A stretch of 56,237 bases of DNA from Hydrurus foetidus. Taxonomy: Eukaryota. The stretch lies in NCBI GenBank assembly GCA_900617105.1, contig UYFQ01000006.1:930001-986237 (forward strand), read 5' to 3'. Position 1 is the stretch's first letter. Each line of letters starts with the position of its first letter. The position numbers were made by a program, and so were the translations under genes. Positions 36,302 through 46,696 of this stretch are shown piece after piece. The notes under the pieces are model-generated. The model ran no database searches. It had not been told where the DNA came from and saw only the letters and a list, made by a program, of their open reading frames with translations.

Positions 36302-37813
36302 GTGATGACCGAACTTGAATTCAAAAGCCTGAGTGCCCAAGGTTTCAACCGCATTCCTTTGCTCGTTGAAGCCTTTGCAGACTTAGAAACCCCTTTATCC
36401 CTGTACCTGAAGCTGGCTTTTGCCAAGGATGGCGGCAAATACAGTTTCCTGCTGGAATCCGTCGTCGGTGGCGAGCGCTTTGGCCGCTACAGCTTCATCG
36501 GCTTGCCTGCCCGCACCCTGGTGCGTGCCAGTGGTTTTGGTGCCGAGGCCAAAACCGAGGTGGTACGCGATGGCATCGTCATCGAGACCGCCAGCGGCAA
36601 CCCGCTGGACTTCATCGCAGCCTATCAGCAGCGCTTCAAAGTCGCTCTGCGTGCTGGTCTGCCGCGCTTTTGCGGTGGATTGGCGGGTTATTTCGGTTAT
36701 GACGCGGTGCGCCACATCGAAAAGAAGCTGGAAGCCACTTGCCCACCCGACACCCTGGGCTGCCCTGACATCTTGCTGTTGCAATGCGAAGAGCTGGCCG
36801 TCATCGACAATCTATCGGGTAAGCTCTATTTGATCGTCTACGCTGATCCCAGTCAGCCCGAAGCCTTTGGCAATGCCAAAAAGCGATTGCGCGAGCTGAA
36901 AGAGCTGCTGAAGTATTCCGTCAGCGCCCCGGTGATTCGCCAAACCGAGAGCTACCCGGCAGAGCGCGATTTCGCCAAGGCAGATTACCTCAAAGCGGTG
37001 GTCGCGGCCAAAGAGCTGATCGCGGGTGGCGATTTCATGCAGGTGCAAATCGGCCAGCGCATCAAAAAGCGCTACACCGAGTCGCCTCTGTCGCTCTACC
37101 GGGCATTGCGCTCGCTGAACCCCAGCCCCTATATGTACTACTACCACTTTGGTGATTTCCATGTGGTGGGGGCATCGCCCGAGATTTTGGTGCGGCAAGA
37201 AGTGGTGGAACACCAGGGCAAGCCCGCCCAAAAAATCACCATCCGCCCGCTGGCAGGCACACGCCCCCGTGCCTCGTCGCCCGAGGCCGACAAAGCCACC
37301 GAACACGAGCTGATGAACGACCCTAAAGAGCGTGCTGAGCATGTCATGCTGATTGATTTGGCCCGCAACGACATTGGCCGCATCGCCCAAACCGGCACGG
37401 TGAAAGTGACGGAAGCCTTCGCCGTCGAGCGCTACAGCCATGTGATGCACATCGTCAGCAACGTGGAAGGCATCTTGAATGACGGTATGACCAACATGGA
37501 CGTGCTGCGGGCCACCTTCCCCGCAGGCACCTTGACGGGCGCACCCAAAGTCCACGCGATGGAGTTGATCGACCAATTCGAACCCACCAAGCGCGGCATC
37601 TACGGCGGCGCGTGCGGCTATCTGAGCTTTGCGGGCGACATGGATGTGGCGATTGCGATCCGCACCGGCATCATCAAAGACGGCATGCTGTACGTGCAAG
37701 CCGCCGCTGGTGTGGTGGCCGATTCGGTGCCTGAGCTGGAGTGGAAAGAAACCGAGCACAAGGCGCGGGCCTTGCTGCGGGCCTCTGAGCTGGTGGAAGA
37801 GGGGATGGAGTAA
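36302..37813 (+). CDS. trpE: Anthranilate synthase component I
   Basis: LLES, GRYS, NPSPYMY, PLAGTRPR, AEHVMLIDLARND and GTLTGAPK motifs. Confidence 0.97.
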   Translation: MMTELEFKSLSAQGFNRIPLLVEAFADLETPLSLYLKLAFAKDGGKYSFLLESVVGGERFGRYSFIGLPARTLVRASGFGAEAKTEVVRDGIVIETASGNPLDFIAAYQQRFKVALRAGLPRFCGGLAGYFGYDAVRHIEKKLEATCPPDTLGCPDILLLQCEELAVIDNLSGKLYLIVYADPSQPEAFGNAKKRLRELKELLKYSVSAPVIRQTESYPAERDFAKADYLKAVVAAKELIAGGDFMQVQIGQRIKKRYTESPLSLYRALRSLNPSPYMYYYHFGDFHVVGASPEILVRQEVVEHQGKPAQKITIRPLAGTRPRASSPEADKATEHELMNDPKERAEHVMLIDLARNDIGRIAQTGTVKVTEAFAVERYSHVMHIVSNVEGILNDGMTNMDVLRATFPAGTLTGAPKVHAMELIDQFEPTKRGIYGGACGYLSFAGDMDVAIAIRTGIIKDGMLYVQAAAGVVADSVPELEWKETEHKARALLRASELVEEGME

Positions 37814-37816
37814 GCC

Positions 37817-38158
37817 ATGTCACATCCATTACCTCACCCGAACCTTCACCCCAACGTTCAACACTGCACCAGCATGACCGAGGTGCGTGAGCACATCGAC
37901 GCGCTGGACGAGCGCATCGTGGCGCTGGTGGCAGAGCGCAGCGGCTACGTCGCCCAAGCGGCCCGCCTCAAGCCCAATGCAGCGGCCATTTACGACCAAG
38001 CCCGCATCGACTTCATCGTGAACCGCGTCGGTGCGATGGCCCAAGCGCAGAGCGCACCCGCCGCCATTGCCCAAGCCGCTTACCGGGCGCTTATCACGGC
38101 CAGCATTGCGTTTGAGACGACGGAATTTGCCCGTCTGCGCCCCGAGGAGTTGGTATGA
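37817..38158 (+). CDS. Chorismate mutase type II / isochorismate-pyruvate lyase (AroQ/PchB-like)
   Basis: EVREHIDALDERIVALVAER...AARLK...D-AR helical AroQ pattern. Confidence 0.8.
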   Translation: MSHPLPHPNLHPNVQHCTSMTEVREHIDALDERIVALVAERSGYVAQAARLKPNAAAIYDQARIDFIVNRVGAMAQAQSAPAAIAQAAYRALITASIAFETTEFARLRPEELV

Positions 38159-38556
38159 GCGCCGCAGTGATTGACAACGACTTTTCACACGCGGTGATCG
38201 GTGCCGCCGTCGAAGTACAGCGTGTGCTGGGCACAGGTTTGCTGGAAAGTGCCTACACAGCCGCGCTGGCCATTGAGCTGGCGGAGCGCGAGATCGGTTT
38301 CGAGCGCGATGTGGCTATCGAGGGCAGCTACCGAGGTCGCCCGCTGGGTGTGGCCTGCCGTGCGGGCTTCATCATTGAGAAATCCCTCATCGTTGAGGTC
38401 AAAGCCGTTGACGCGCTGAACGAATTGCACCGCGCCCAAACCTTGTCCGCCCTGCGTTTAGCGGGTTTGCGCTTTGGTTTGGTCATCAACTTCCATGCCT
38501 TCCCTGTGGTGAAGGGCATTTACCGTGTAGAAAATCGCCTGGAGAGCAAGCCATGA
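38155..38556 (+). CDS. GxxExxY family protein (PD-(D/E)XK-like fold)
   Basis: [24 protein letters not shown] and GLVINF motifs; ATGA overlaps at both ends. Confidence 0.85.
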   Translation: MSAAVIDNDFSHAVIGAAVEVQRVLGTGLLESAYTAALAIELAEREIGFERDVAIEGSYRGRPLGVACRAGFIIEKSLIVEVKAVDALNELHRAQTLSALRLAGLRFGLVINFHAFPVVKGIYRVENRLESKP

Positions 38557-39119
38557 AACTGTTGATGATCGACAACTACGACAGCTTCACCTACAACATC
38601 GTCCAGTACTTTGGCGAACTGGGTGCCGAGGTGGAGGTGTTCCGCAACGACGAGATCACCGTGGAAGCCATCGCCGCCCGCAACCCAGACCGCTTGGTGG
38701 TGTCGCCCGGCCCGTGCTCCCCTGCGCAAGCCGGTATATCGGTGGCCGCCATCCAGCATTTCGCCGGCAAGCTGCCGATTTTGGGTGTGTGCTTGGGCCA
38801 TCAGGCGATTGGGGCTGCGTTTGGCGGCAAGATCATCCGGGCGCAGGAATTGATGCACGGCAAGACCAGCGTCATCACCACCACGCGCCAAGGTGTGTTC
38901 GCGGGGCTGCCCGAGCAGTTCACGGTGAACCGCTACCACTCACTGGCGATCGAGCGGGCCAGTTGCCCCGACGCACTGGAAATTACCGCCTGGACACCCG
39001 ACGGCGAAATCATGGGCGTGCGGCACAAGACGCTGGCCATTGAGGGCGTGCAGTTCCACCCGGAGTCCATCTTGACGGAGCATGGGCATGCGATGCTGAA
39101 GAACTTTTTGCACCCATGA
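38553..39119 (+). CDS. trpG: Anthranilate synthase component II (glutamine amidotransferase)
   Basis: [22 protein letters not shown] and QFHPES motifs. Confidence 0.96.
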   Translation: MKLLMIDNYDSFTYNIVQYFGELGAEVEVFRNDEITVEAIAARNPDRLVVSPGPCSPAQAGISVAAIQHFAGKLPILGVCLGHQAIGAAFGGKIIRAQELMHGKTSVITTTRQGVFAGLPEQFTVNRYHSLAIERASCPDALEITAWTPDGEIMGVRHKTLAIEGVQFHPESILTEHGHAMLKNFLHP

Positions 39120-42025
39120 TTGAACCCCTCATCGCGGCCCAAACCCGCGACTGGTTTAGCCAAGCGCATTGCCCTGCCGCGCCCCTGCTGGCCTACATGC
39201 GCTCAGCAGGCAAGCTGCGGGACGTGCAAATAGCGGCCCTGCAAACCTACCTGTACTTGGTGCTGGAAGGCAAAAACCAGCCCTTAACCCAGCTCTGGAT
39301 GCAAGGCGCGTTCGCCAAAGCGGCCAGCTATGAAGGCCCGCGCAGCCGCATGCCGCAGATCGCCCGCGAGGTGTTTGCCCGCCAGCCCGCTGCACACACG
39401 TGGTACCAGTTGTGCCAGACGCAGCAACCTGCGTTGGCCACCTGGCTGGAAGAAAACGCTGACCGCCCCGATTACGCGGCGCTGACCCGTGAGTTGTTCT
39501 ACGGCTGGCAAAACACCGACTACGTGTTCAGCCTGCCTATGGGTTCTGGCAAAACATGGCTGATGGCGGCCATCATTTACCTCAACCTGTATTTGGGCGA
39601 GCTGCACCCCGGTGACGAGCGGTTTGCATGCAATTTTTGCGTGCTGATCCCGTCTGCCAAAAAATCCAGCATCTTGCCCAGCCTGCGCAGCATTGAAAAG
39701 TTTGACCCCGCCTGGGTGATTCCTGACCCGGCGGCCAGCCGCCTGCGCCAAATGCTGACCTTTGAGGTGCTGGACGCACCCAAAACAGCGGCCAAAAGCA
39801 ACCAAATCCGCAACCCCAACGCCCGCAAAGTCGCCCAGCACCTGAGCCAGCCCGGCCTGACCGGCTTGGTCTTGGTCGTTAACGCCGAAAAAGTCATTCT
39901 TGACCGCATTGACGACAGCACCGACAACCTGATTGAGAAGACCGACGACGAGCGCGACGTGGCCGCCAACGAGCTGCGTGCCTTGATTGGCCAAGTGCCG
40001 GGGCTGCAACTCATCGTCGATGAAGTCCACGGCGCGGCCACCAGCGAGATCAAGCTGCGTCAAGTCATCCAGCGCTGGCATGCGAGCGGCAACGTCCACA
40101 GCGTGGTGGGCTTTTCAGGCACGCCCTACCTGGACAAACCCCAAGAAATCCGCATCGGCGACACCCTGCTCAAGCAGCGTCAAATGAGCACCGTGGTGTT
40201 CCACTACGCCCTGACCGACGCGGTGCGCACCTTTCTCAAGCAGCCCACGGTGGAAACCGCGCACGGCTTGACACCTGAGCAAATCGTGCGGCGCGGCACC
40301 CAAACCTTTTTAACCCGCTATGGCACCACCGTCTACCCCACCGGGTGCAGCGCCAAGCTGGCCATCTATTGCGGCTCCATTGAGCGTCTGGAAACCGAAG
40401 TGGCCCCGCTGGTCGAGCAACTGTTTCCCGGCCAAGTCCTGAAATACCACCGGGGCAATGCCCACTTCAAAGCCCCCGCCGGGGCTGAAACCGACTTTGC
40501 CGCCCTTGATTCCCCCGGTGCCCGCCACCGCGTGGTGCTGCTGGTGCAAATCGGCAAAGAGGGCTGGGATTGCCACAGCCTGACCGGTGTCATCCTCGCG
40601 CAAAAAGGCGACAGCCCCGCCAACATGGTGCTGCAAAGCGCCTGCCGCTGCCTGCGTGAAGTGGTGCGGGGCCAGCGCCACAGCGCCATGATTTACCTCA
40701 GCCAGGACAACGCCCAACTGCTGGACGCTGAACTCAAAAAGAGCCAAAGCACCAGCATTGCCGCGCTGAATGCTGCCGCGCAAACGCTGGCCCCCAGCGT
40801 GCCGGTGTTTGACCGCAGCGCGTGGCTGCACAGCGTGGATAAAACGCCCGCCATCGAGGCCTACCAGCTGCGCCTGCACAGCCAAACCCTGTTCACCGAA
40901 TCTGAGCCGTACACCATAGCCAAACTGCACGTTGCGCTACAAAAAGCGCAGCAACGCCACAGCAGCAGCATCACCACGGGCACGCTGGATCAGCTGGCCG
41001 TGCGCTCTACCAGTGCTTTCGAGTTGGGTGCAGTGGCCGCGTGGGGCGACTGGCTGTACACCCTGCTGCGCGAAAGCGCCGGGACGCTCCTTTTTGCCAC
41101 GGTGCAGGGCCATCAGGCTGAACTGGCGGCCATTTTTGAGGCGTTAACCGAGGTGGACGACCTCGGGGTGCGGCGCTACCACCTGCAAGCGCCGCAAGAC
41201 GATACGCGCCGCTTGGTGCGTCTGGCTTTTTGGCGTTTGCGCGAATACGCCACCGAGGTGTTGCCGCTGGACCGGGCCGAAACCCTGCTTTTGTTGACGC
41301 AGGGCAAGTTGCCCGCCACGGTGCTGGCCCATGACAAGCTCTACCCCAGCGCCGCTGATGTACAGGCCATCATCACCGCTGATGCCAAGGGCCAGCGCGG
41401 TGCCGACATTGCGCAGGCTGACGATGCCGCCTTTGCCGCCGCCCGCGCCTTGCTGGAGCAACAAGGCTTGGGCCACATGCTGGCCGCGCAATCGGCCGTG
41501 ACCGCACCGCCTGAGCTGGCGGCCAAAGACCAAACCTTTCACTACCTGCCTTACGACTTTGCCCAAAGCGGGCTGGAGTTGGGTCTGCTCAAAGCACTGC
41601 TGCAAACCACCGAATTCCAAGCGTCTGGCCTGGAGGTCTACTACAACGGGGCGCGTCACCTCACCGAATTTCGCATTGACTGTTTCCAGCAAGCAGGCAG
41701 CGCGAATGGCCGCACCCCCCAACGCTGGCAGCGATTGGGTGCCTACACCCCCGACTTTGTCATGCTCCAACGCGGTGCAGATGGCGCGGCGCACAAGGTG
41801 CTCATCATTGAAACCAAGGGGGCCGGGTTTTCGGAGCAATCGGGCTATGCCCTGCGCCGGCACTTCGTCCGCACCGAGTTCTTGATGCACAACAACGACA
41901 AGTTTGGCTACCCGCGCTTTGATTTCATCGAGATCATGGAGCCTGCCAACAAAGACTACCGCAGCGCGGCCCTCAGTTTGTTCGGCCACGCCCAACGCTT
42001 TTTTGCCTCCCCCAAGTCCCTTTGA
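39116..42025 (+). CDS. SF2 helicase-like ATPase with C-terminal PD-(D/E)XK nuclease (Type III Res-like)
   Basis: LRDVQ (Q motif), PMGSGKT, IVDEVH, FSGTP, KEGWD and QSACRCLR; C-terminal YTPDF...IIETKG. Confidence 0.8.
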   Translation: MIEPLIAAQTRDWFSQAHCPAAPLLAYMRSAGKLRDVQIAALQTYLYLVLEGKNQPLTQLWMQGAFAKAASYEGPRSRMPQIAREVFARQPAAHTWYQLCQTQQPALATWLEENADRPDYAALTRELFYGWQNTDYVFSLPMGSGKTWLMAAIIYLNLYLGELHPGDERFACNFCVLIPSAKKSSILPSLRSIEKFDPAWVIPDPAASRLRQMLTFEVLDAPKTAAKSNQIRNPNARKVAQHLSQPGLTGLVLVVNAEKVILDRIDDSTDNLIEKTDDERDVAANELRALIGQVPGLQLIVDEVHGAATSEIKLRQVIQRWHASGNVHSVVGFSGTPYLDKPQEIRIGDTLLKQRQMSTVVFHYALTDAVRTFLKQPTVETAHGLTPEQIVRRGTQTFLTRYGTTVYPTGCSAKLAIYCGSIERLETEVAPLVEQLFPGQVLKYHRGNAHFKAPAGAETDFAALDSPGARHRVVLLVQIGKEGWDCHSLTGVILAQKGDSPANMVLQSACRCLREVVRGQRHSAMIYLSQDNAQLLDAELKKSQSTSIAALNAAAQTLAPSVPVFDRSAWLHSVDKTPAIEAYQLRLHSQTLFTESEPYTIAKLHVALQKAQQRHSSSITTGTLDQLAVRSTSAFELGAVAAWGDWLYTLLRESAGTLLFATVQGHQAELAAIFEALTEVDDLGVRRYHLQAPQDDTRRLVRLAFWRLREYATEVLPLDRAETLLLLTQGKLPATVLAHDKLYPSAADVQAIITADAKGQRGADIAQADDAAFAAARALLEQQGLGHMLAAQSAVTAPPELAAKDQTFHYLPYDFAQSGLELGLLKALLQTTEFQASGLEVYYNGARHLTEFRIDCFQQAGSANGRTPQRWQRLGAYTPDFVMLQRGADGAAHKVLIIETKGAGFSEQSGYALRRHFVRTEFLMHNNDKFGYPRFDFIEIMEPANKDYRSAALSLFGHAQRFFASPKSL

Positions 42026-42028
42026 CCC

Positions 42029-44092
42029 ATGCCCATCCGCTACATCCCCATTGACCCCATCGTGTTGCGTGGGCAAGCCGTGTTGGGCAACTTCACCCGC
42101 TCGCTGCGCTACCACGGCAACCACAAACCCGGCCAGCGCTTGAGCCGAGGTTTGCCGCTGTACGAGTTGCGCACTGTGGAGCAAATAAGGCCTTCACCGC
42201 AGGCAGATACTGCACAGACAGCTCCTGATTTGATAGTGCATGGTGAATGCCAAGCCGCTTGCGCCCACCTGCTGGTCACCGGGCAAAAGGTCGATTTGGT
42301 CTACATCGACCCGCCCTTTGCCAGCGGAGCCAACTACGGCAAAAAAATTCTGCTGCGCCGCCACCCCCACACCGCCATCAGCGACGCCGAGGCGCAGGCG
42401 CTGGAGGCCGATGGCTGGGAGGAAACGCTTTATGGCGACATCTGGAACAAAGAGGATTACCTCAACTGGATGTATGAAAACCTGACCGCCATCAAAGCCG
42501 TGATGAGCGACAACGCCAGCATCTACGTGCATCTGGACTGGCACATCGGCCATTACGTCAAAATTTTGCTCGACGAGGTGTTTGGCGAAGAAAACTTCCG
42601 CAACGAAATCGTGTGGAAGCGCACCACCGCTCACAGCGACGCGCAGACGTACGGCGTGAACTGCGATGTGATTTACTTCTACAGCCGCCGGGAAGATTTT
42701 GTGTTCAACCCGGTTTTTCAGCCGTATTCGGACGAGTATTTGTCCAAATTTTCACGGTCTGACAAGGATGAGCGCAAGTGGCGTGATGCAGACTTATCCG
42801 CGAAAGGGCTTCAAGGCGGCGGCTACAGCTACACCTACAAAGGCTGCACCTCGCTGTGGCGCTGCCCCCTGGAAACGATGGAAGCGCACGACCGAGAAGG
42901 CCGGTTGCACTTCACCAGCAACAACGGGATTCGCCTCAAGGTCTACCTGGACGAGCTCAAGGGGATGCCCTGCCAAGCGCTGTGGGACGATATTCCCGCC
43001 GTCAACTCCCAGGCCGCTGAGCGCGTGGACTACGCCACCCAAAAGCCAGAAACCCTGCTCAAGCGCGTCATTGAAACCTCCAGCCACCCCGGCATGGTGG
43101 TGGCGGATTTTTTCGGCGGCAGCGGTGTCACCGCCAAAGTGGCGCACGCGCTGGGGCGGCGCTTTGTACACACCGACATTGGCATCAACAGCATCCAAAC
43201 CGCCCGCGACCGTCTGGCCGCTGCGGGGGCGGCGTTTGACGTGCTGCGCGTGCAAGACGGCGTGCAGCTGTTTCGCAACCCCCAGCAAACCCAAACCCGG
43301 CTGCGCGGGCTGATCCCTGGGCTGACGCAGGCCGCCACACCGCAGCCGCTGCCGCCGTACTGGGCGGGCATCTTCACCGGCGAGCACACGGTGCCGGTGG
43401 CGTTACCGAACTTGCTGGATTCGACCAGTCGCGTGTTCGATGAAGCCGCGCTGCACAAGTTGACGATGGAAGAGCTGCCCCGGCTGGCCGATTGGGACTA
43501 CCCTGTCCACAAGGTCGTGGTCTACACCATCGACGTGGCCGACCCCGAGGCCTGTGAAGCATGGCTGGCCGCGCACAACCCCAGCGGTATCGCCGTGGAG
43601 CTGCGGGACTTGAAGCCTTTGCTGGGTGATGTGGTGTTGAATGACGAGCTGCAAGCCCGTGTGGAGCGTGTGGCTCAGGAGGGGTTGCTGGATACCGCGC
43701 AGGGTGGGGCGGCCAGTTACCGTGTGGTCGTACAGCGTTACCACAGCGACTATCTGGCCCGTAAACTGGCCGAGGTGGTGGGCAAAAAACACCTGCAACC
43801 CAGCGCCCGCAGCGGCAAAGCAGCGACAAAACCGCTGCCCGTGGGGCTGAGTGTGGACGGGCTGGAATGCATCGAATGGCTGTCAGTGGACTGCACGTCG
43901 GCATCCGGGCCGTGGGTGAGCGCCGCAGAGGCGAAAATCGACGTTAAAAACCGCTTAACCTGCAACGGTATGCGCCAATCTCATGCATGGGATGGCACGC
44001 TGCTGTGCCCGCAACAGCCGAAGCGCCTGCGGGTGCGCAACGTGGCGGGCGACGAAGTGACCGTGGCCTTAGACCTTGTAGATGCTGCTTGA
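42029..44092 (+). CDS. Amino-DNA methyltransferase, beta class (Type III Mod-like)
   Basis: DLVYIDPPF precedes Y-TQKPE-LL-R-I and DFFGGSG, with FRNEIVW and a variable TRD between them. Confidence 0.88.
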   Translation: MPIRYIPIDPIVLRGQAVLGNFTRSLRYHGNHKPGQRLSRGLPLYELRTVEQIRPSPQADTAQTAPDLIVHGECQAACAHLLVTGQKVDLVYIDPPFASGANYGKKILLRRHPHTAISDAEAQALEADGWEETLYGDIWNKEDYLNWMYENLTAIKAVMSDNASIYVHLDWHIGHYVKILLDEVFGEENFRNEIVWKRTTAHSDAQTYGVNCDVIYFYSRREDFVFNPVFQPYSDEYLSKFSRSDKDERKWRDADLSAKGLQGGGYSYTYKGCTSLWRCPLETMEAHDREGRLHFTSNNGIRLKVYLDELKGMPCQALWDDIPAVNSQAAERVDYATQKPETLLKRVIETSSHPGMVVADFFGGSGVTAKVAHALGRRFVHTDIGINSIQTARDRLAAAGAAFDVLRVQDGVQLFRNPQQTQTRLRGLIPGLTQAATPQPLPPYWAGIFTGEHTVPVALPNLLDSTSRVFDEAALHKLTMEELPRLADWDYPVHKVVVYTIDVADPEACEAWLAAHNPSGIAVELRDLKPLLGDVVLNDELQARVERVAQEGLLDTAQGGAASYRVVVQRYHSDYLARKLAEVVGKKHLQPSARSGKAATKPLPVGLSVDGLECIEWLSVDCTSASGPWVSAAEAKIDVKNRLTCNGMRQSHAWDGTLLCPQQPKRLRVRNVAGDEVTVALDLVDAA
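42182..42237 (-). repeat. Dispersed element copy in mod, antisense to the gene
   Basis: AAGGCCTT followed by 29 nt ending CAGCT, the same spacing as the thiL copy; core GCTCCTGATTTGATAGT. Confidence 0.7.
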
Positions 44093-44105
44093 TGACCTGA
44101 TTTTT

Positions 44106-44807
44106 ATGCCTGACCTTCACCACCTTCTTCTCTTCATCGCCGCCGGTTGGTTGCTCAACCTCACGCCCGGCCCAGATGTGCTGTACATCATCAGCCACGC
44201 GCTTCGCCAGGGCGTGAGGGCCGGTGTGGTGGCGGGTTTGGGCATCACGGCGGGGTGCTTTGTGCATATTGCGGCGGCGGCTGTCGGGGTCAGCGCGTTG
44301 ATGGCGGCATCCACCACCGCCTTCACGCTGCTCAAGTGGGTGGGCGCGGGCTATTTGCTGTGGATGGGGGCTCGGATGCTGCTGTCGGCCAAGTCAGCCC
44401 AGCCATCCGAGGTGGCCCAGGTGGCAGTCGCTGAATCAACTCCTGATTTGATAGCTGGTAACGCTTTTGCAGCAAGCAGTGAAGGCATAAAAAGCTTGCA
44501 ATCTGTGTTCGTGGGCGGTTTTTGGACGAACGCGCTGAACCCCAAGGTCGCGCTGTTCTTTTTGGCCTTTGTGCCGCAGTTCATCGCGCCCGACGCAGAC
44601 AACAAGCCGCTGGCTTTTGTGCTGCTGGGGGTGCTGTTTAACCTGAACGCCATCCCCATCAATGTCGGCTGGGCCTGGCTCGCGGCGTGGACGGCCAAGC
44701 GCACCGGCGTTGTGCAGCGCGGCTTGCAATGGCTGGATCGGGTGGCGGGGGCGATGTTCATTGCTTTTGGCCTCAAGCTGGCGTTCACCAGCAACCCTTC
44801 TGCCTGA
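44106..44807 (+). CDS. LysE/RhtB family amino-acid exporter
   Basis: TPGPDVLY, LKWVGAGYL, TNALNPKVALFF and PQF motifs. Confidence 0.9.
   Translation: MPDLHHLLLFIAAGWLLNLTPGPDVLYIISHALRQGVRAGVVAGLGITAGCFVHIAAAAVGVSALMAASTTAFTLLKWVGAGYLLWMGARMLLSAKSAQPSEVAQVAVAESTPDLIAGNAFAASSEGIKSLQSVFVGGFWTNALNPKVALFFLAFVPQFIAPDADNKPLAFVLLGVLFNLNAIPINVGWAWLAAWTAKRTGVVQRGLQWLDRVAGAMFIAFGLKLAFTSNPSA
44439..44497 (+). repeat. Dispersed element copy, in frame in the lysE loop
   Basis: ACTCCTGATTTGATAGC-TGGTAACGCTTTTGCAGCAAGCAGTGAAGGC encodes TPDLIAGNAFAASSEG; 15 nt are identical to the mod core. Confidence 0.75.
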
Positions 44808-44840
44808 TATTCCGCTAAATAACCTCAAACGGAGACCCTC

Positions 44841-45866
44841 ATGCCTATCACCCCCCAAGAAGCCCTGCAACGCACCATTGAGCACCGTGAAATTTTCCAT
44901 GACGAGATGCTGCACCTGATGCGCCTCATCATGGGCGGCGAGCTGTCGCCGGTGATGACGGCGGCACTGATAACCGGTTTGCGTGTCAAAAAAGAATCCA
45001 TTGGTGAAATCACGGCGGCAGCGCAGGTGATGCGCGAGTTTTCCACCAAAGTTCACGTCGCCGACAAAACCCATTTGGTGGACATCGTGGGCACGGGTGG
45101 CGATGGTTCGCACACGTTCAATATCTCGACCTGTTCGATGTTTGTGGCAGCAGCAGCAGGTGCCAAGGTCAGCAAGCACGGCGGGCGCAGTGTCAGCAGC
45201 AAGTCGGGCAGCGCGGATGTGCTGGAGAGTCTGGGGCTGAACATCAACTTGTCGCCCGAGGCCATCGCCCGCTGCATTGCGGAGGTGGGCTTGGGCTTTA
45301 TGTTTGCGCCCAACCACCATCCGGCTATGAAAAACGTAGCGCCTGTGCGAAAGGAGCTGGGCGTACGCACCATTTTCAACATCCTGGGGCCGCTGACCAA
45401 CCCCGCCAGCGCACCGAACATCCTGATGGGGGTATTTCACGCCGATTTGGTGGGGATTCAGGTGCGTGCTTTGCAGCGTCTGGGCGCTGAACACGCGCTG
45501 GTCGTCTACGGCCGCGACGGCATGGACGAGGTGAGTCTGGGTGCCGCTACGCTGGTGGGCGAGCTGAAAGACGGCAAGATCACCGAGTACGAAATTCATC
45601 CGGAAGACTTTGGCCTGCTGATGGCCAGCAACCGTGCGCTCAAGGTCGAGACCCCCGAGCAGTCCAAAGCCATGCTGCTGGGCGTGCTGGACAACCAAGC
45701 CGGTGCGCCGCGCGATATCGTGGTGCTGAACGCCGGTGCCGCGCTGTATGCCGCTAATGTGGCAGATTCGATTGCAGCAGGCATCCAGCAAGCACAGGCA
45801 GCTATTGAATCAGGAGCGGCCAAGGCCAAACTGATTCAACTGATTGCCGCCACAACCTCTCTTTAA
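44841..45866 (+). CDS. trpD: Anthranilate phosphoribosyltransferase
   Basis: [33 protein letters not shown] and DGMDE motifs. Confidence 0.97.
   Translation: MPITPQEALQRTIEHREIFHDEMLHLMRLIMGGELSPVMTAALITGLRVKKESIGEITAAAQVMREFSTKVHVADKTHLVDIVGTGGDGSHTFNISTCSMFVAAAAGAKVSKHGGRSVSSKSGSADVLESLGLNINLSPEAIARCIAEVGLGFMFAPNHHPAMKNVAPVRKELGVRTIFNILGPLTNPASAPNILMGVFHADLVGIQVRALQRLGAEHALVVYGRDGMDEVSLGAATLVGELKDGKITEYEIHPEDFGLLMASNRALKVETPEQSKAMLLGVLDNQAGAPRDIVVLNAGAALYAANVADSIAAGIQQAQAAIESGAAKAKLIQLIAATTSL
45783..45817 (-). repeat. Dispersed element-like sequence in the trpD 3' end
   Basis: Reverse complement GCTCCTGATTCAATAGC-TGCCTGTGCTTGCTGGAT matches the mod/lysE core and the thiL tail (TGCCTGCGCTT). 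Confidence 0.65.
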
Positions 45867-45885
45867 AGAAAATCAAGAAAACACC

Positions 45886-46683
45886 ATGTCCGATATCCTG
45901 AACCAAATCGTTGCCGTCAAACGCGAAGAAATCGCCGCAAATCTGCGCAAAAAATCACTGGAAGCCATTCGTGCTGACGCTGAAAGCCGTGTGTTGACGC
46001 GAGATTTTGTCGGTGCCATGCGGGACAAAATCGCTGCGGGCAAGCCTGCGGTGATCGCAGAAGTTAAAAAAGCCAGCCCGTCCAAAGGCGTGCTGCGCGA
46101 AGACTTTATCCCGGCTGACATCGCTCAAAGCTACGCCGAATTTGGCGCAGCGTGCCTGTCGGTGCTGACGGACAAGCAGTTCTTCCAGGGCAGCATCGAC
46201 GCGCTGAAGCAAGCCCGTGCCTCGTGCCAGTTGCCGGTGCTGCGCAAAGATTTCATTGTCGATGCCTACCAAGTCTACGAATCCCGCGCGATGGGGGCTG
46301 ACTGCATTTTGCTGATCGCCGCTTGTCTGGACGACGCGCAAATGGCGGATTACGAGGCCATCGCTCGCAGCTTGGACATGGCGGTGCTGGTGGAGGTGCA
46401 TGACGCCGCCGAGTTGGCCCGTGGGCTGAAGCTCAAAACGCCGCTGATCGGCATCAACAACCGCAATCTGCGCAACTTCGAGGTGAGTTTGGACACCACG
46501 CTGACGCTTGCGAAAGACGTGCCAGCAGGGCGTATTCTCGTCACCGAATCGGGCATTCAGACGGTAATGGATGTGCGCAAAATGCGGGCCGCGCAGGTGA
46601 ATGCTTTTCTGGTCGGCGAGACCTTCATGCGGGCCGAGGAGCCGGGCGAGGCGCTGGCGGCGTTGTTCGGGAATTGTGTTTAA
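45886..46683 (+). CDS. trpC: Indole-3-glycerol-phosphate synthase
   Basis: [29 protein letters not shown] and ESGI motifs. Confidence 0.97.
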   Translation: MSDILNQIVAVKREEIAANLRKKSLEAIRADAESRVLTRDFVGAMRDKIAAGKPAVIAEVKKASPSKGVLREDFIPADIAQSYAEFGAACLSVLTDKQFFQGSIDALKQARASCQLPVLRKDFIVDAYQVYESRAMGADCILLIAACLDDAQMADYEAIARSLDMAVLVEVHDAAELARGLKLKTPLIGINNRNLRNFEVSLDTTLTLAKDVPAGRILVTESGIQTVMDVRKMRAAQVNAFLVGETFMRAEEPGEALAALFGNCV

Positions 46684-46696
46684 TTTTTACTGATGT

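Noticed and set aside
42029..44092. Phase-variable mod (phasevarion)
   Set aside because: No simple sequence repeat tract is visible in or upstream of the gene.
42222..44454. Identical 15-mer CTCCTGATTTGATAG twice in direct orientation, as possible att sites
   Set aside because: It does not bracket the res-mod cassette (one copy is inside mod) and both are cores of the dispersed repeat.
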